From assembly GCA_963768655.1 (NCBI GenBank), contig CAVYIM010000009.1, positions 1-64,000 of the forward strand: a stretch of 64,000 nucleotides of DNA, given 5' to 3'. This stretch comes from an uncultured Chloroflexia bacterium (lineage in GTDB: Bacteria; Chloroflexota; Limnocylindria; Limnocylindrales; CSP1-4). Positions 1 through 10,940 of this stretch are shown here, one piece after another. The notes below the pieces were generated by a model, which made no database searches, was not told the origin of the DNA, and saw only the letters and a program-made list of their open reading frames with translations. The stretch's first letter is position 1, and every line of letters starts with the position of its first letter. The translations under genes were made by a program, and so were the position numbers.

Positions 1-641
1 CGATCACGGCCGCCGACATCGACGCAGGCTCGGTCACCAACACCGCCGTTGGCCATGCCAGCTACGCCGGTACCGCGGTCGACTCCGATCCGGGCAGCGT
101 GACCGTGAACGCGGTCCAGGGTCCGGCACTAGTAGTCACCAAGACGGCCAAAGAAACCACCTACGTGACGACCGGCGACATCCTCGACTACAGCTACGAG
201 ATCAAGAACACCGGCAACGTGGACCTCTCCGGGCCGTTCACGGTGACGGACGACAAGACCACGGTCACCTGCCCGGCCACCCCGACCAGCCTCGCCCCCG
301 GTGACACCATCACCTGCACGGCGACCTACACCATCACCGACGCTGACATCGACGCGGGCCACGTCACCAATACGGCCCAGGGCCATGCCGCCTACGACGG
401 CAAGACGGTCGACTCCAAGGAAGTAACGCTGACCGTTAATGAAAAGGCGCAACCCAGCAAATCGCTCGCGGGCGCCACGGGCACTCCTCGCCGATCGGCC
501 ACTCCGCCGGCGACGGATACCTCGTCGGGCCACGGATCGAACGACAACAGCACGCCGCTGTTCGCCCTGCTCATCTGCCTCGCGTTCGGTAGCCTCGCCC
601 TGATCACGGTCGAGGCGCAGCGACGCAGCATCCGCCGCTAA
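1..641 (+). CDS. 3' part of a surface protein with DUF11/DUF7507-type Ig-like repeats and a C-terminal sorting-signal-like tail (starts before the window)
   Basis: Repeat motif YSYEIKNTGNVDLSGPFTVTDD..TCTATYTITDADIDAGHVTNTA; a previous repeat ends at the window start; tail TPPATDT + hydrophobic helix + RRSIRR. Confidence 0.75.
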   Translation, partial: ITAADIDAGSVTNTAVGHASYAGTAVDSDPGSVTVNAVQGPALVVTKTAKETTYVTTGDILDYSYEIKNTGNVDLSGPFTVTDDKTTVTCPATPTSLAPGDTITCTATYTITDADIDAGHVTNTAQGHAAYDGKTVDSKEVTLTVNEKAQPSKSLAGATGTPRRSATPPATDTSSGHGSNDNSTPLFALLICLAFGSLALITVEAQRRSIRR

Positions 642-670
642 CCTCGGCCGCGCGAGCGGCCCCACTACCC

Positions 671-706
671 AGCAAGCGGCGGGTCCCTGCGGGCCCGCCG
701 TTTGCT
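671..706 (+). terminator. Probable intrinsic terminator hairpin
   Basis: AGCAAGCGGCGGG..CCCGCCGTTTGCT inverted repeat 30 nt after the stop codon. Confidence 0.5.
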
Positions 707-766
707 ATCCGGCGCGTATAACCTGACCAGGTACGGATCGGCCCTAGATCCGAGCTGGAGGTATGC

Positions 767-1417
767 ATGGAACGAGACCCGGCACCGCGCCCGGCTCCGT
801 CCCTCGCGCCCGAGCACGAATGGTCCGCCGCGTCCCGTCTTCTGCGCCCTGCGCTCCGGCCGGCCGGGACGGTTGGGGTCGATGGTCGCAACCTTCAGGT
901 CCCGTCCGGGACGGGATTGCCGGGCAAGCCGCTCATCGTGGCCGGGCCCGCCGGGCTGGCGATCGGGTATGTCATCCCGGGGCCGGGCTTCGACGTCCTG
1001 ATTGGCGCGGAGCACCTCCTTTCCTGGGGCGTCGGCCCCGACGAAGTGCACGCCGCGGCCATGGCGAATCTGGCCGTCTGGTCGAGTGGGGCGCCGTGGG
1101 TGGACGAGATCAGCGGGTCGAGGCGCATCGTCTGGTCCGATTGGGGCGAGGGAATGGACGCGGCCCGGATCCTGCTGCCCGACGTTCGGGCGCAGCTGGC
1201 CGCGGACCTGGGCGGGAGCGGGCAGGTCCTGGTCGGTGTCCCAGAGCGGGACCTGCTGATCGCAACGGGTCTGGCCGGGGGCGACCACGAGTTCGTGGCC
1301 ATGCTGGCTGCCTACACGAGCGATCGATCGCACGGCGCGGACGATCCGATCGACCCGCGTCTCTTCGAGCTGGTGGATGGCGAGCTGGTGCTCTTCGCAG
1401 GCCCGTCGGAAACCTGA
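767..1417 (+). CDS. DUF1444 (YtpQ)-like hypothetical protein
   Basis: GGAGG RBS; motifs AAMANL, DAARILLP, VGVPERDLLI. Confidence 0.55.
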   Translation: MERDPAPRPAPSLAPEHEWSAASRLLRPALRPAGTVGVDGRNLQVPSGTGLPGKPLIVAGPAGLAIGYVIPGPGFDVLIGAEHLLSWGVGPDEVHAAAMANLAVWSSGAPWVDEISGSRRIVWSDWGEGMDAARILLPDVRAQLAADLGGSGQVLVGVPERDLLIATGLAGGDHEFVAMLAAYTSDRSHGADDPIDPRLFELVDGELVLFAGPSET

Positions 1418-1531
1418 AGCCGATCGACCGCCGTACCGCCCCCGGCGGGAGGTCCTCGGCCGGCCTCGAGGGCTCGTGGCGGCGACGCCGCCGCTTATGG
1501 CGTCGCCCGTGGCGTCTCGGCCGAGTGCCGC

Positions 1532-3544
1532 CTACGGAACCGTCACGTGGGAGATCCCGGTCTGGCCAAATACGACCGTGTTGCCGGCGAACGACCCGAT
1601 GGCCTGGACACGGACCGACCAATCGCCTGACGGCATCTCGGTCGGCCCCGAGCTGGTCGTGTCCGTCCCGAACGCCACGTAGCAGTCGCCGTCGAGATAC
1701 GAGGGGCTGCCGTCCCAGGCGACCCAGACCAGCTTGTAGGCGTCGAAGCTGAAGCCGCCGGTATATGCGCTCCACGTGAACGTGTAGTTGCTGCCGCCAT
1801 CATCGGCGACGCCCAGGGTGCCCAGGCTCTGGACCGGCGGGTCGGTGGGGGCAGGCTGCGTCGCGTTGAGATGCACGATGCCGGTTTGCGCCCGGATGAC
1901 GATGCCCTTCGATTCGTCCACCACCTGGACCCGGACGGCGTAGTCGCCGACGTCGACGGGGCCGGTCCAGGTGGTCTCGTCGCGGCTGTCGTTGCAAGCC
2001 CAGAATGGCGAGTCCGGGTAGTTGGGCTTCGTCCCCCAGTCGCCATAGACGAGCTTGTAGTACGTGAAGCCGTCGCCCTTGTACTCGGGCCAGGAGAACG
2101 TATAGGTTCCGTCGCCGTTGTCGACGATCGTGAGCTTGCCCAGGCTGGCGGGCCCGGCGGGAGTCGGCTTGGCTGTCGGTTTGGGTGTCGGCTTGCGGGT
2201 GGGAACTGGCGTCGGAGTCGGTATGCGGGTCGGCGCCGCCGTCGGCGCGCTCACCGGCGCAACCGTCGGCGCCGCCGTCGGGGCGACGGCCGGCAACGGC
2301 GTCTGGCTGGGGCTCGACGTGGGCCCCACGTCCACGGCCAGCTCACCGAGAGCGAGCCCTGCCAGGGCGTCGAGCTGGGCGTTTTCGACGAGCCAGGAGT
2401 CGGCCAGAACCTGCGCGCTGATCTGGGTGACGACCGGCTGGCCCTCGGCCGACCCGCCTGCGGCCAGCTCGACCGTGGCGCTCTGACCCTGGCTGAGGCT
2501 GACCTGCACCTTCGGGCCCTGAAGGTTCAGCCCGTCGAGGAGAGCCAGGCCACACGCTTCCTCGCCGCCTGCCGCCGTCGGCTGCAGATCCAGGTCGAAG
2601 GCGGTGCCGGCCGCGACCCAGTTCACCGAGCCGGTCACGACCGTGTACGCGCCGGTGGCTGCGGCGCGGTAGTAGGCGCGGCCGCCGAGCTGATCGACGA
2701 CGACCTGGTTCGCGTCGAGGCCGTCCAGGCGAACGTCAGACCCCGGCGCCATCCGCACGAAGCTCGCGCCTATGGCGAGCGTCGCCTGTCCGCCGGCTCC
2801 AACCTCGATCTCGTCGCCTTCGAGCAGCTGCGCACCCTGAACGAGCGGGCTCGAGACCCCCCCTCGAACGACGGTGGCGGCAACGGCCACGTCGGCCGTC
2901 GCCTGCGGGCGCATCGGGAAGAGCAGTGTGCTGCCGTACAGGAAGCTGGCCATGGCGATCGTGGCCGCGAGTCCGACGGCTACCCAGCGGGCCGGCAGGA
3001 TATGGGTCGACATACGCCAGCGCACCGAAGGTCGCAGCGCGGCGACGTGGTCGGCCGGCGCGGGTGCGAGGTCGGTGGGCTCGACAGCGGGGAGAACGTG
3101 CGGCCGCGTCGTGGAGATCGGCTGAACCTGGCGCGCGCGCCAGCGCTTGCCGGCGTCAGGCGTGGAGGCGCCTCCCTCGTCTCCGGCCGCCGAGCTGGCC
3201 GAGCCCAGCGGGCCCTGCCCGGCCATGACCGTCCGCTCCCGGCGGCCGGCGGCTGCGGCACCGTGAAGGCCGCGCCGCCCGGCGAGGTTCTCGGGGACTG
3301 CGAGTGGCCGGTCCGGCGGAACGGGCATGGCGTCCGGCAGCGACCCCGCTAGCAAGGCCGCGGCCATCGGCGCCGGCCGTGCCCCCGCGAGCTCGCTCAT
3401 CAGCCGGGAGCGCAACTCTGCCGCGAATGCGGCATCCGGTGTCTCGCTGCGAGCAGAGGCGGCGCGGGCGATCTCCCCGGCCTCGGTCAGCTCGGCGGCC
3501 AGCCCTGCGAGCTGCTCCGTCTCGCGGCGGTCGTCAAGCGACAT
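1532..3544 (-). CDS. Membrane-spanning anti-sigma factor candidate: cytoplasmic N-terminus, TM helix, FecR-like domain, Pro/Thr linker, two FN3-like domains
   Basis: Overlaps the ECF sigma stop; PDAAFAAELRSRL N-terminal helix; FecR-like LLEGDEIEVGAGGQATL..GTAF; repeats W..Y.G..F..YKL. Confidence 0.75.
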   Translation of the reverse strand: MSLDDRRETEQLAGLAAELTEAGEIARAASARSETPDAAFAAELRSRLMSELAGARPAPMAAALLAGSLPDAMPVPPDRPLAVPENLAGRRGLHGAAAAGRRERTVMAGQGPLGSASSAAGDEGGASTPDAGKRWRARQVQPISTTRPHVLPAVEPTDLAPAPADHVAALRPSVRWRMSTHILPARWVAVGLAATIAMASFLYGSTLLFPMRPQATADVAVAATVVRGGVSSPLVQGAQLLEGDEIEVGAGGQATLAIGASFVRMAPGSDVRLDGLDANQVVVDQLGGRAYYRAAATGAYTVVTGSVNWVAAGTAFDLDLQPTAAGGEEACGLALLDGLNLQGPKVQVSLSQGQSATVELAAGGSAEGQPVVTQISAQVLADSWLVENAQLDALAGLALGELAVDVGPTSSPSQTPLPAVAPTAAPTVAPVSAPTAAPTRIPTPTPVPTRKPTPKPTAKPTPAGPASLGKLTIVDNGDGTYTFSWPEYKGDGFTYYKLVYGDWGTKPNYPDSPFWACNDSRDETTWTGPVDVGDYAVRVQVVDESKGIVIRAQTGIVHLNATQPAPTDPPVQSLGTLGVADDGGSNYTFTWSAYTGGFSFDAYKLVWVAWDGSPSYLDGDCYVAFGTDTTSSGPTEMPSGDWSVRVQAIGSFAGNTVVFGQTGISHVTVP

Positions 3545-4109
3545 CGGCCGCCTCCTTGGCGATCTCCGCGCGCAGAGCGCGCAGCGCCCGATGCAGCCGA
3601 ACGGCCAGAGTCTCGCGCGAGCAGCCGAACGAGGCGCACAGCTCCTCGGTGTCGAGGTCGTCGTAGAAGCGCATCACGAGGAGCTCGCGATGGCCCGCCG
3701 GCAGTGTCAGCAGGGCCCGCCGGAGCTGGTCTCGGTCGAGGGCGGCAGCCAGGGCATCGAGAGCCAGATCGCCCGGCTCATCGGCCCCCTGCAGGTCGCC
3801 GAGCGAGACCAGGCGACGATTGCGGCGGGCGTGGTCGACGACGGCGTTCGAGGCCACGCGAAACAGCCAGCCGCCGAAACAATCGTTTCGGAAATCGGCG
3901 CGGCGGACGTTCTCGAGCGCTCGCTGGAAAGTCATCGAAGTGAGATCCTCGGCCAGGCAGCGGTCCTGGACGCGGCGAAAGATGAAGCCATAGATGCGAG
4001 GAAGGTAGAAGTCGTAGAGCTCGCCGAAAGCGGCGCAGTCGTCGCGCGACCGTTCCACGAGCTTCCGCTCGCGGTCGGCGGCCATTCGAGATGCTCCGTC
4101 ATCTGCCAT
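3534..4109 (-). CDS. ECF sigma-70 factor
   Basis: Sigma2 AFGELYDFYLPRIYGF..AEDLTSMTF..WLFRVASNAVVD; sigma4 LP..RELLVMRF..RLHRALRALR. Confidence 0.93.
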   Translation of the reverse strand: MADDGASRMAADRERKLVERSRDDCAAFGELYDFYLPRIYGFIFRRVQDRCLAEDLTSMTFQRALENVRRADFRNDCFGGWLFRVASNAVVDHARRNRRLVSLGDLQGADEPGDLALDALAAALDRDQLRRALLTLPAGHRELLVMRFYDDLDTEELCASFGCSRETLAVRLHRALRALRAEIAKEAADVA

Positions 4110-4119
4110 GGAGCCATGA

Positions 4120-4148
4120 ACGGTACGGAGTGACGATTGAGCCGGCAA
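4120..4148 (-). promoter_or_regulatory. Housekeeping-type promoter of the ECF sigma gene
   Basis: TTGCCG-N17-TACCGT, ending 10 nt upstream of ATG 4109. Confidence 0.5.
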
Positions 4149-4311
4149 TCGGCCACCTGTACTGAGAAGTACCGCCCGCCACGGGATCGGCACCGGGCAA
4201 TCGGAAGGCAAGCGGTTCTTGCCGACAGATCGGTTCGGGATCCATTCGAAGTTGCCATCGTCCGTGGCCCGCGGTGGCGTCGTCCTGACTCTGCCCGGTT
4301 GAAACTGCCGG

Positions 4312-4350
4312 GCGAGGGAGGGGCTCCGACTCGCGTCGGAGCCCGCTCGC
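4312..4350 (-). terminator. Strong hairpin between the FN3 protein gene and the sigma gene
   Basis: GGGCTCCGAC-TCGC-GTCGGAGCCC perfect stem with outer GCGAG/CTCGC pairing. Confidence 0.5.
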
Positions 4351-4420
4351 TCTGTGCCATTTCTCGACGGAGGCCTGTCATCGACCCGGCACCTTGCGCC
4401 CGGCCGGCGGGGCCGTCCGC

Positions 4421-5767
4421 CTAGCCTTCACTCGAAGCGCTGGGCGCTTCGGTCGGATCGGCGGGCGGAGTCGGAGTCGCCGCGTCCGGGATGGTCACGG
4501 TCCTCACCGGGGATTCGGCCAGGATGGTCCCGCCGTTGCAGAAGGTTTCCGAGGTCCAGGCGAAAACCCGGTAGTGATACGTGTGGCCGGGCTCGACGTT
4601 CTGGTCGACCCAGGACGTCACGGACACGTCGCCGATCTCCTGGATGACGTCGTCCTGCGTCGGCGTCCCGTCTTCGGTGCGGGCGATCAGATAGTCCTCG
4701 AAGTGGTCGCCCTGGTACTGGTCCCAGGTGAGATGGGCGAAGCCGTCCTTGCCGACGGTCACGGTCAGGCCGAGCGAGGGGATCGGCGCCGCCGCCACGA
4801 CGAGCTTGAGAGTCTCGGTCTTGGCGGCCGCCGCAGCGCCGCTGTCGGGGAAGTAGACGGCTTCGACGTTGACGTTCCAGGTCCCTGGATCGACCTTGAT
4901 GGTCACGCTGGTGGTGCTGTTGTCCAGGCAGGCCCAGTAGTTGCCGTCGTTCTCGACGTAGCCGGGCGTAGCCGGGTAGGGCTGGCCGTCGAGCTTGTAG
5001 TAGGTGAAGTCGGTGTCGCCCGTATAGGCCGCCCAGGTGAACGTGTAGGTGCCATCGGAGTTCTTGACGGCCTGGAGCTTGCCGAGATCCGCCGGGTTGG
5101 CGGTGGGAGTCGGCTTGGGGATAGCCGGGACGGCGATCGTCACGAGGTTCGTGGAGTCGAGGACGACATAGCCGTCGTCGGTGGACTTGACCGCGAAGAC
5201 CTCATATGACCAGGTCTTGCCGGCAGGTGGGCAGTCCGTGTAGGTGAGCGTGGACTGGTCGCTGATTGCCGCGGCGAGCGAGTCGCCGTCGCCGAGCGGC
5301 CAGCTGGCCTCCTTGTCCGAGGAGCGGATGACCTTGTAGTAGGCGAAGTCGGCACCGTCGTAGGCGGTCCAGGTCAGGACCACCTTGCGGCTGCTGAGCT
5401 TGGCCGTGAGCGTCATCGGGTCCGATGCGACCGGTGTGGTGGGCTTGGCCGTGGGCGCTGCGGTCGGCGCTGTCGTCGGCGCTGTCGTCGGGGCCGGAGC
5501 TGTCGTCGGAGCGGCCGTGGGGCCGTCGTCGCCGACGACGACCGGTGTGGCGCTCGCCATCGGCCCCAGGACCAGCGGCCTGACGACGGTCGCGCCGAAG
5601 GCGACGGTCGCCACGACGAGGATCGAGACTATCGCCAGCGGCAGTGAGGCGGCGAAACGGCGAGGCGACACCTTCGTCGGCGTGAGGTGCCTAACGAAGT
5701 CGTCCTCCAACCGTGCGCCCTGGGACGGCGAGGAGCCGTGCTCCTGATCAGGTGTCTGGTTTTCCAT
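4421..5767 (-). CDS. Membrane-anchored surface protein with Pro/Thr linker and three FN3-like domains
   Basis: ATG 5767 with GGAG RBS; TM helix LPLAIVSILVVATVAFG; three domains with W..Y.G..F..Y motif. Confidence 0.8.
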   Translation of the reverse strand: MENQTPDQEHGSSPSQGARLEDDFVRHLTPTKVSPRRFAASLPLAIVSILVVATVAFGATVVRPLVLGPMASATPVVVGDDGPTAAPTTAPAPTTAPTTAPTAAPTAKPTTPVASDPMTLTAKLSSRKVVLTWTAYDGADFAYYKVIRSSDKEASWPLGDGDSLAAAISDQSTLTYTDCPPAGKTWSYEVFAVKSTDDGYVVLDSTNLVTIAVPAIPKPTPTANPADLGKLQAVKNSDGTYTFTWAAYTGDTDFTYYKLDGQPYPATPGYVENDGNYWACLDNSTTSVTIKVDPGTWNVNVEAVYFPDSGAAAAAKTETLKLVVAAAPIPSLGLTVTVGKDGFAHLTWDQYQGDHFEDYLIARTEDGTPTQDDVIQEIGDVSVTSWVDQNVEPGHTYHYRVFAWTSETFCNGGTILAESPVRTVTIPDAATPTPPADPTEAPSASSEG

Positions 5768-5835
5768 TCCGATCGCTCCACTCAATCTGAGATGAATGAG
5801 TCCGCGCGGCAGGTAGGCCAACCGCTTGACAACAA

Positions 5836-5861
5836 AACGCCGCAGATGGGCGGGGATTACA
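5836..5861 (-). promoter_or_regulatory. Putative ECF-sigma promoter
   Basis: TGTAAT-N16-CGTT, resembling SigW/SigX-type consensus, about 70 nt upstream of the FN3 gene. Confidence 0.5.
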
Positions 5862-6030
5862 GGCTGGCCCGGAAGTGGTGTGCGGGGTCAACGTTCGGTC
5901 CGGCGCCTACCTGGGCGGCCCGCCGCCGGGTGCGTTTGACAGCCAGGCGTGACCGACCGCATGCTCGCCCAGACCAATCGCGACGCCCCGGCCCGCCCGG
6001 GCGAGCGCACCATTTCGATCGGGGTAACGA

Positions 6031-6726
6031 ATGCATCGCCGCCCAAGTCCGTTCCCTTCGACGCTTCTCGGCATCGGTATCGCGGCGATGCTGGTGGCCG
6101 GCTGCGGCGGCGCCGGCGCGACCGCGTCGCCAACGGCTCAATCCACTCCCAGCGCCACCGCGACACCGGCGCCGACTCGGACCTCTTCGCCGGTGCCGTC
6201 CGGTTCCGCAGCGCCTTCGACGAGCGCCAGCCCCGAAGCCACCCTGCCGCTCGCTCACGTTGACCCCACCCTGGAGGACAAGCTCCCCGACGTCATCGGC
6301 GGCGTCCAGCTCACGAAGCTGAGCTGGCCGCTCTCCACCTACATCGCCTCGTTGAAGGGCACCGGCGACAGCGTCCTGTACACGCCCTGGCTCGTGAACT
6401 TCGGCAAGAACGCGGACGACATCAACATGGCCATCGCGTCGGACCTGACCGGCACGGAGCACTTCACCGTGCAGGCAATCGAGATGCCCGGCGTCGCCGC
6501 TTCGTCACTCACCAGCGAGTTCGCAAACGTGGCGAAAGCGCAGGGATGGCCGGCCAGCCCGGCATCGATCGGGCCCGAAACGGTCATGGAGATCGTCGAC
6601 CCGGTGACGACCCAGGCGGGCGGCAACGGCACGGCCTACATCTACGCCCAGGGCGACATCATGTACGTCATCATCACCGACGACGCATCGCTGGTCGTCG
6701 AGGCCCTGGCCAAGATCTCTTCCTAG
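6031..6726 (+). CDS. Hypothetical lipoprotein
   Basis: Lipobox LVAGC followed by Ser/Thr/Pro linker and a globular domain. Confidence 0.75.
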   Translation: MHRRPSPFPSTLLGIGIAAMLVAGCGGAGATASPTAQSTPSATATPAPTRTSSPVPSGSAAPSTSASPEATLPLAHVDPTLEDKLPDVIGGVQLTKLSWPLSTYIASLKGTGDSVLYTPWLVNFGKNADDINMAIASDLTGTEHFTVQAIEMPGVAASSLTSEFANVAKAQGWPASPASIGPETVMEIVDPVTTQAGGNGTAYIYAQGDIMYVIITDDASLVVEALAKISS

Positions 6727-6812
6727 CCCGCCAGCCGCGGACCGGTTACGAGCCGCACGTCGCCCGCCACGAGTGCGGGCTCGACGCGCCGGAGCCGTAC
6801 AATCGGCCCGAT

Positions 6813-8039
<1,227 letters not shown>

Positions 8040-8043
8040 CCCC

Positions 8044-9111
8044 GTGGCCGTAACGGGCGCCGGTGGCGCGGGGGGCGGGAATTCGCCGGCCCCGGCCATC
8101 GAGACGCACGAGCTGCGCAAGCAGTACGGCCGGATCGTCGCCCTGACCGGCCTGACGATGACGGTGGGCCGCGGCGAAGTCTTCGGCTTCCTCGGGCCGA
8201 ACGGGGCGGGCAAGACGACGGCGGTCAAGCTGTTGCTCGGGCTGTCGGCGCCGACGGCCGGCGAGGGACGGGTCCTGGGCGCGCCGCTGGGCGATCTCGA
8301 CACGCGGCAACGAATCGGCTATCTCCCCGAGCTGTTCCGCTACCAGGGCTGGATGACGGCGCACGAGGTGCTCGCCCTGCACTGCGAGCTGGCCCGCCTG
8401 CGACATTCGAGCTGGCGGGCTGCGATCGACGATGCGCTCGATCTGGTCGGACTGACGGATCGTTCGAACGACCGCGTGGAGACATTCTCGAAAGGCATGC
8501 AGCAGCGCCTGGGACTCGGGGTCGCTCTGCTCGGCCAGCCGGACCTGGTCGTGCTCGACGAGCCGACCTCGGCGCTCGATCCGGTCGGGCGGCAGGACGT
8601 CCGGGCGATCATCGGCACGCTGCGTGCTCGCGGAGCGACGGTCTTCCTCAACTCGCACTTGCTCACCGAGGTGGAGCGGGTCTGCGACCGCGTGGCGATC
8701 GTCGATCGGGGTCGCGTCGTCGCGGAGCTGCGGATGGCGGAGCTGCTCCAGGGAAGTGGCGTCCGACTCCTCGTGACCGGGCTGCCGGATGCCGGGGCCA
8801 TCGCCGGCCGCTTCGCCCATGCCCGCCTCGACGGGGAGTGGCTGGCTCTCGACTCGATCGCAGACGAGGCAGTGCCCGCCCTGGTCGGGGAGCTGGTGGC
8901 TCGCGGCGGCGCCGTCCACGCTGTCGTTCCGACACGCCACACGCTGGAAGAGCGGTTCCTCTCGCTGCTCGGGGCGGCGTCGGACGGGCCGACACGGGAC
9001 GGGCCGGCGGAGCGAGTACCGGACGGGGCAGGGCACGGACCCGATGGGCCGGCGGCCGATGTGGCGGCGCCCGATGTGGCGGCGCCCGACAGCCCGGAGT
9101 CCAGCATATGA
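8044..9111 (+). CDS. ABC transporter ATP-binding protein
   Basis: Walker A GPNGAGKTT, FSKGMQQR signature, LDEPT. Confidence 0.95.
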   Translation: MAVTGAGGAGGGNSPAPAIETHELRKQYGRIVALTGLTMTVGRGEVFGFLGPNGAGKTTAVKLLLGLSAPTAGEGRVLGAPLGDLDTRQRIGYLPELFRYQGWMTAHEVLALHCELARLRHSSWRAAIDDALDLVGLTDRSNDRVETFSKGMQQRLGLGVALLGQPDLVVLDEPTSALDPVGRQDVRAIIGTLRARGATVFLNSHLLTEVERVCDRVAIVDRGRVVAELRMAELLQGSGVRLLVTGLPDAGAIAGRFAHARLDGEWLALDSIADEAVPALVGELVARGGAVHAVVPTRHTLEERFLSLLGAASDGPTRDGPAERVPDGAGHGPDGPAADVAAPDVAAPDSPESSI

Positions 9112-9965
9112 GCCGAGGCGCGATCGGAATCATCGCCCGCCTGACGCTGCGGGAGGCCTTCCGCCGCCGCCTGCTCTGGGCGCTGGTCGGGCTTACGCTG
9201 CTGCTCGTCGCCGTCACCGGCTGGCTATTCGGCAAGGCCGCCGAGCTGAATCCCCTCGAAGGCGGGGAGCAGCAACTCGTCCTGTCGCAGCTGCTGGTGA
9301 TGATCGCTTTCATGTTCAGCTTCGTCCTGACCATGACGGCCGCCTTCGCGGCCTCGCCGGCGATCGAGCCGGAGATCGAGAGCGGGCTGCTCCTGGCGGT
9401 GCTGGCCCGGCCGGTCAGGCGTGCGGACGTGCTCCTGGGTCGCTGGCTCGGCCTGGCGGCCGTGGTCGTCGTCTATGCGCTGGCGGCCGGCTACATGGAA
9501 CTTGCCGTCGTGCGGCTGATGACCGGCTACACGCCCGTCGACCCGATGGTGGCGCCGATCTACCTGGCCGGAGAGTCGCTCATCCTGCTGACGCTGGCCC
9601 TCGTCTTCAGCACGCGGATCGCGCCGGTGGCTTCGGGCTCTATCGCGGTCGTGGGGTTTGGGCTGGCGTGGATGGGCGGCGTCGCCGGCGGCATCGGCGA
9701 TTATCTGAACAACGACACGCTGCGAAACGCGGGCCTGATCGCGCATCTCATCCTGCCGAGCGACACTCTCTGGCGGGGGGCCATGTACGCGCTCGAGCCG
9801 CCGCCCGACGTCCTCGCGGCAGCGGGTTCCCAAGCCCGCATCTTCACAGTGAGCCCCTTCTTCGCCGGCACTCCGCCGCCCCTGGCATGGTTGGCCTGGT
9901 GCGCCATCTGGATCGTGACCGCGCTGGCGATCGGCATCCTGACTCTCCGCCGCCGCGAGCTGTAG
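9108..9965 (+). CDS. ABC-2 type transporter permease
   Basis: ATGA overlap with ATPase; six TM segments; EIESG..LARPVRR..LLGRW motif. Confidence 0.9.
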   Translation: MSRGAIGIIARLTLREAFRRRLLWALVGLTLLLVAVTGWLFGKAAELNPLEGGEQQLVLSQLLVMIAFMFSFVLTMTAAFAASPAIEPEIESGLLLAVLARPVRRADVLLGRWLGLAAVVVVYALAAGYMELAVVRLMTGYTPVDPMVAPIYLAGESLILLTLALVFSTRIAPVASGSIAVVGFGLAWMGGVAGGIGDYLNNDTLRNAGLIAHLILPSDTLWRGAMYALEPPPDVLAAAGSQARIFTVSPFFAGTPPPLAWLAWCAIWIVTALAIGILTLRRREL

Positions 9966-10036
9966 GCCCATCGGCTGAACTGCGGCCTCCGAGTAGGCCA
10001 GCGCAAGCAGGCGAACGCATGCGGTAGGCTTCCCTC

Positions 10037-10879
10037 GTGAAAGCGAAGGGGCCGGAGCCGGCCACCCGACGGAGCAACGCGGCCCAGGCAGCCGTCTCGG
10101 CGGCCCCCGGGTCAGGCCCTGTTGCTGCGCGCGAGGGACGCGTCGTCGTCGTCATGCCGGCCTACAACGCCGCCAGGACACTCGAGCGGACGTATCGCGA
10201 CATCCCCCATTCGATCGTCGACAAGATCATCCTGGTCGACGACGTGTCCAGGGACGACACCGTCGCGATCGCTCGCCAGCTCGGCCTGGACGTGATCATC
10301 CATCGCCAGAACCTCGGCTACGGCGGCAATCAGAAGACCTGCTACGACGCCGCTCTCGAGGCCGGTGCCGACGCCGTCGTGATGCTCCACCCGGACTACC
10401 AGTACGACGCCACGCGCATCCCGGCGCTGGTCAAGCCCATCCTCGATGGCGAGAAGGACCTGATGCTGGGCAGCCGCTTCCTGGGCGATCCGCTGGCGGG
10501 CGGTATGCCGCGCTGGAAGTTCATCAGCAACCGCTTCCTCACGATCATGGAGAATCGCGCTTTCGGCCTCCACCTGTCCGAATACCACACCGGCTTCCGC
10601 GCCTACAGCCGGGATCTGCTCGAGTCGATCCCCTACAGGCTCAACAGCGACGACTTCGTCTTCGACCAGGAATTGGTGGCGCAAGCTGTCGCCTGCCACA
10701 TGCGGGTCGGCGAGATCGCGGTGCCCACGCGCTACTTCGAGGAAGCGAGCTCGGTCGGCTTCCGGCGCAGCGTCGTCTACGGGCTCTCGACCATGAAGGT
10801 CGTTCTGCGCTTCACGCTGCACCGAATGCGGTTGCGCCGCAGCCGCAAGCTCGCCGACCGAAGCCAGCCCACGCGGTGA
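10037..10879 (+). CDS. Glycosyltransferase family 2 (polyprenol-phosphate glycosyltransferase-like)
   Basis: VVMPAYN, ILVDDVSRDDT, NLGYGG, HPDYQY, GSRF. Confidence 0.92.
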   Translation: MKAKGPEPATRRSNAAQAAVSAAPGSGPVAAREGRVVVVMPAYNAARTLERTYRDIPHSIVDKIILVDDVSRDDTVAIARQLGLDVIIHRQNLGYGGNQKTCYDAALEAGADAVVMLHPDYQYDATRIPALVKPILDGEKDLMLGSRFLGDPLAGGMPRWKFISNRFLTIMENRAFGLHLSEYHTGFRAYSRDLLESIPYRLNSDDFVFDQELVAQAVACHMRVGEIAVPTRYFEEASSVGFRRSVVYGLSTMKVVLRFTLHRMRLRRSRKLADRSQPTR

Positions 10880-10940
10880 GCGACGCAGGAACCGTCCGAC
10901 CGAACGGACGCGCGCGCTCCTCCCGACCCGGCGACCGCGC

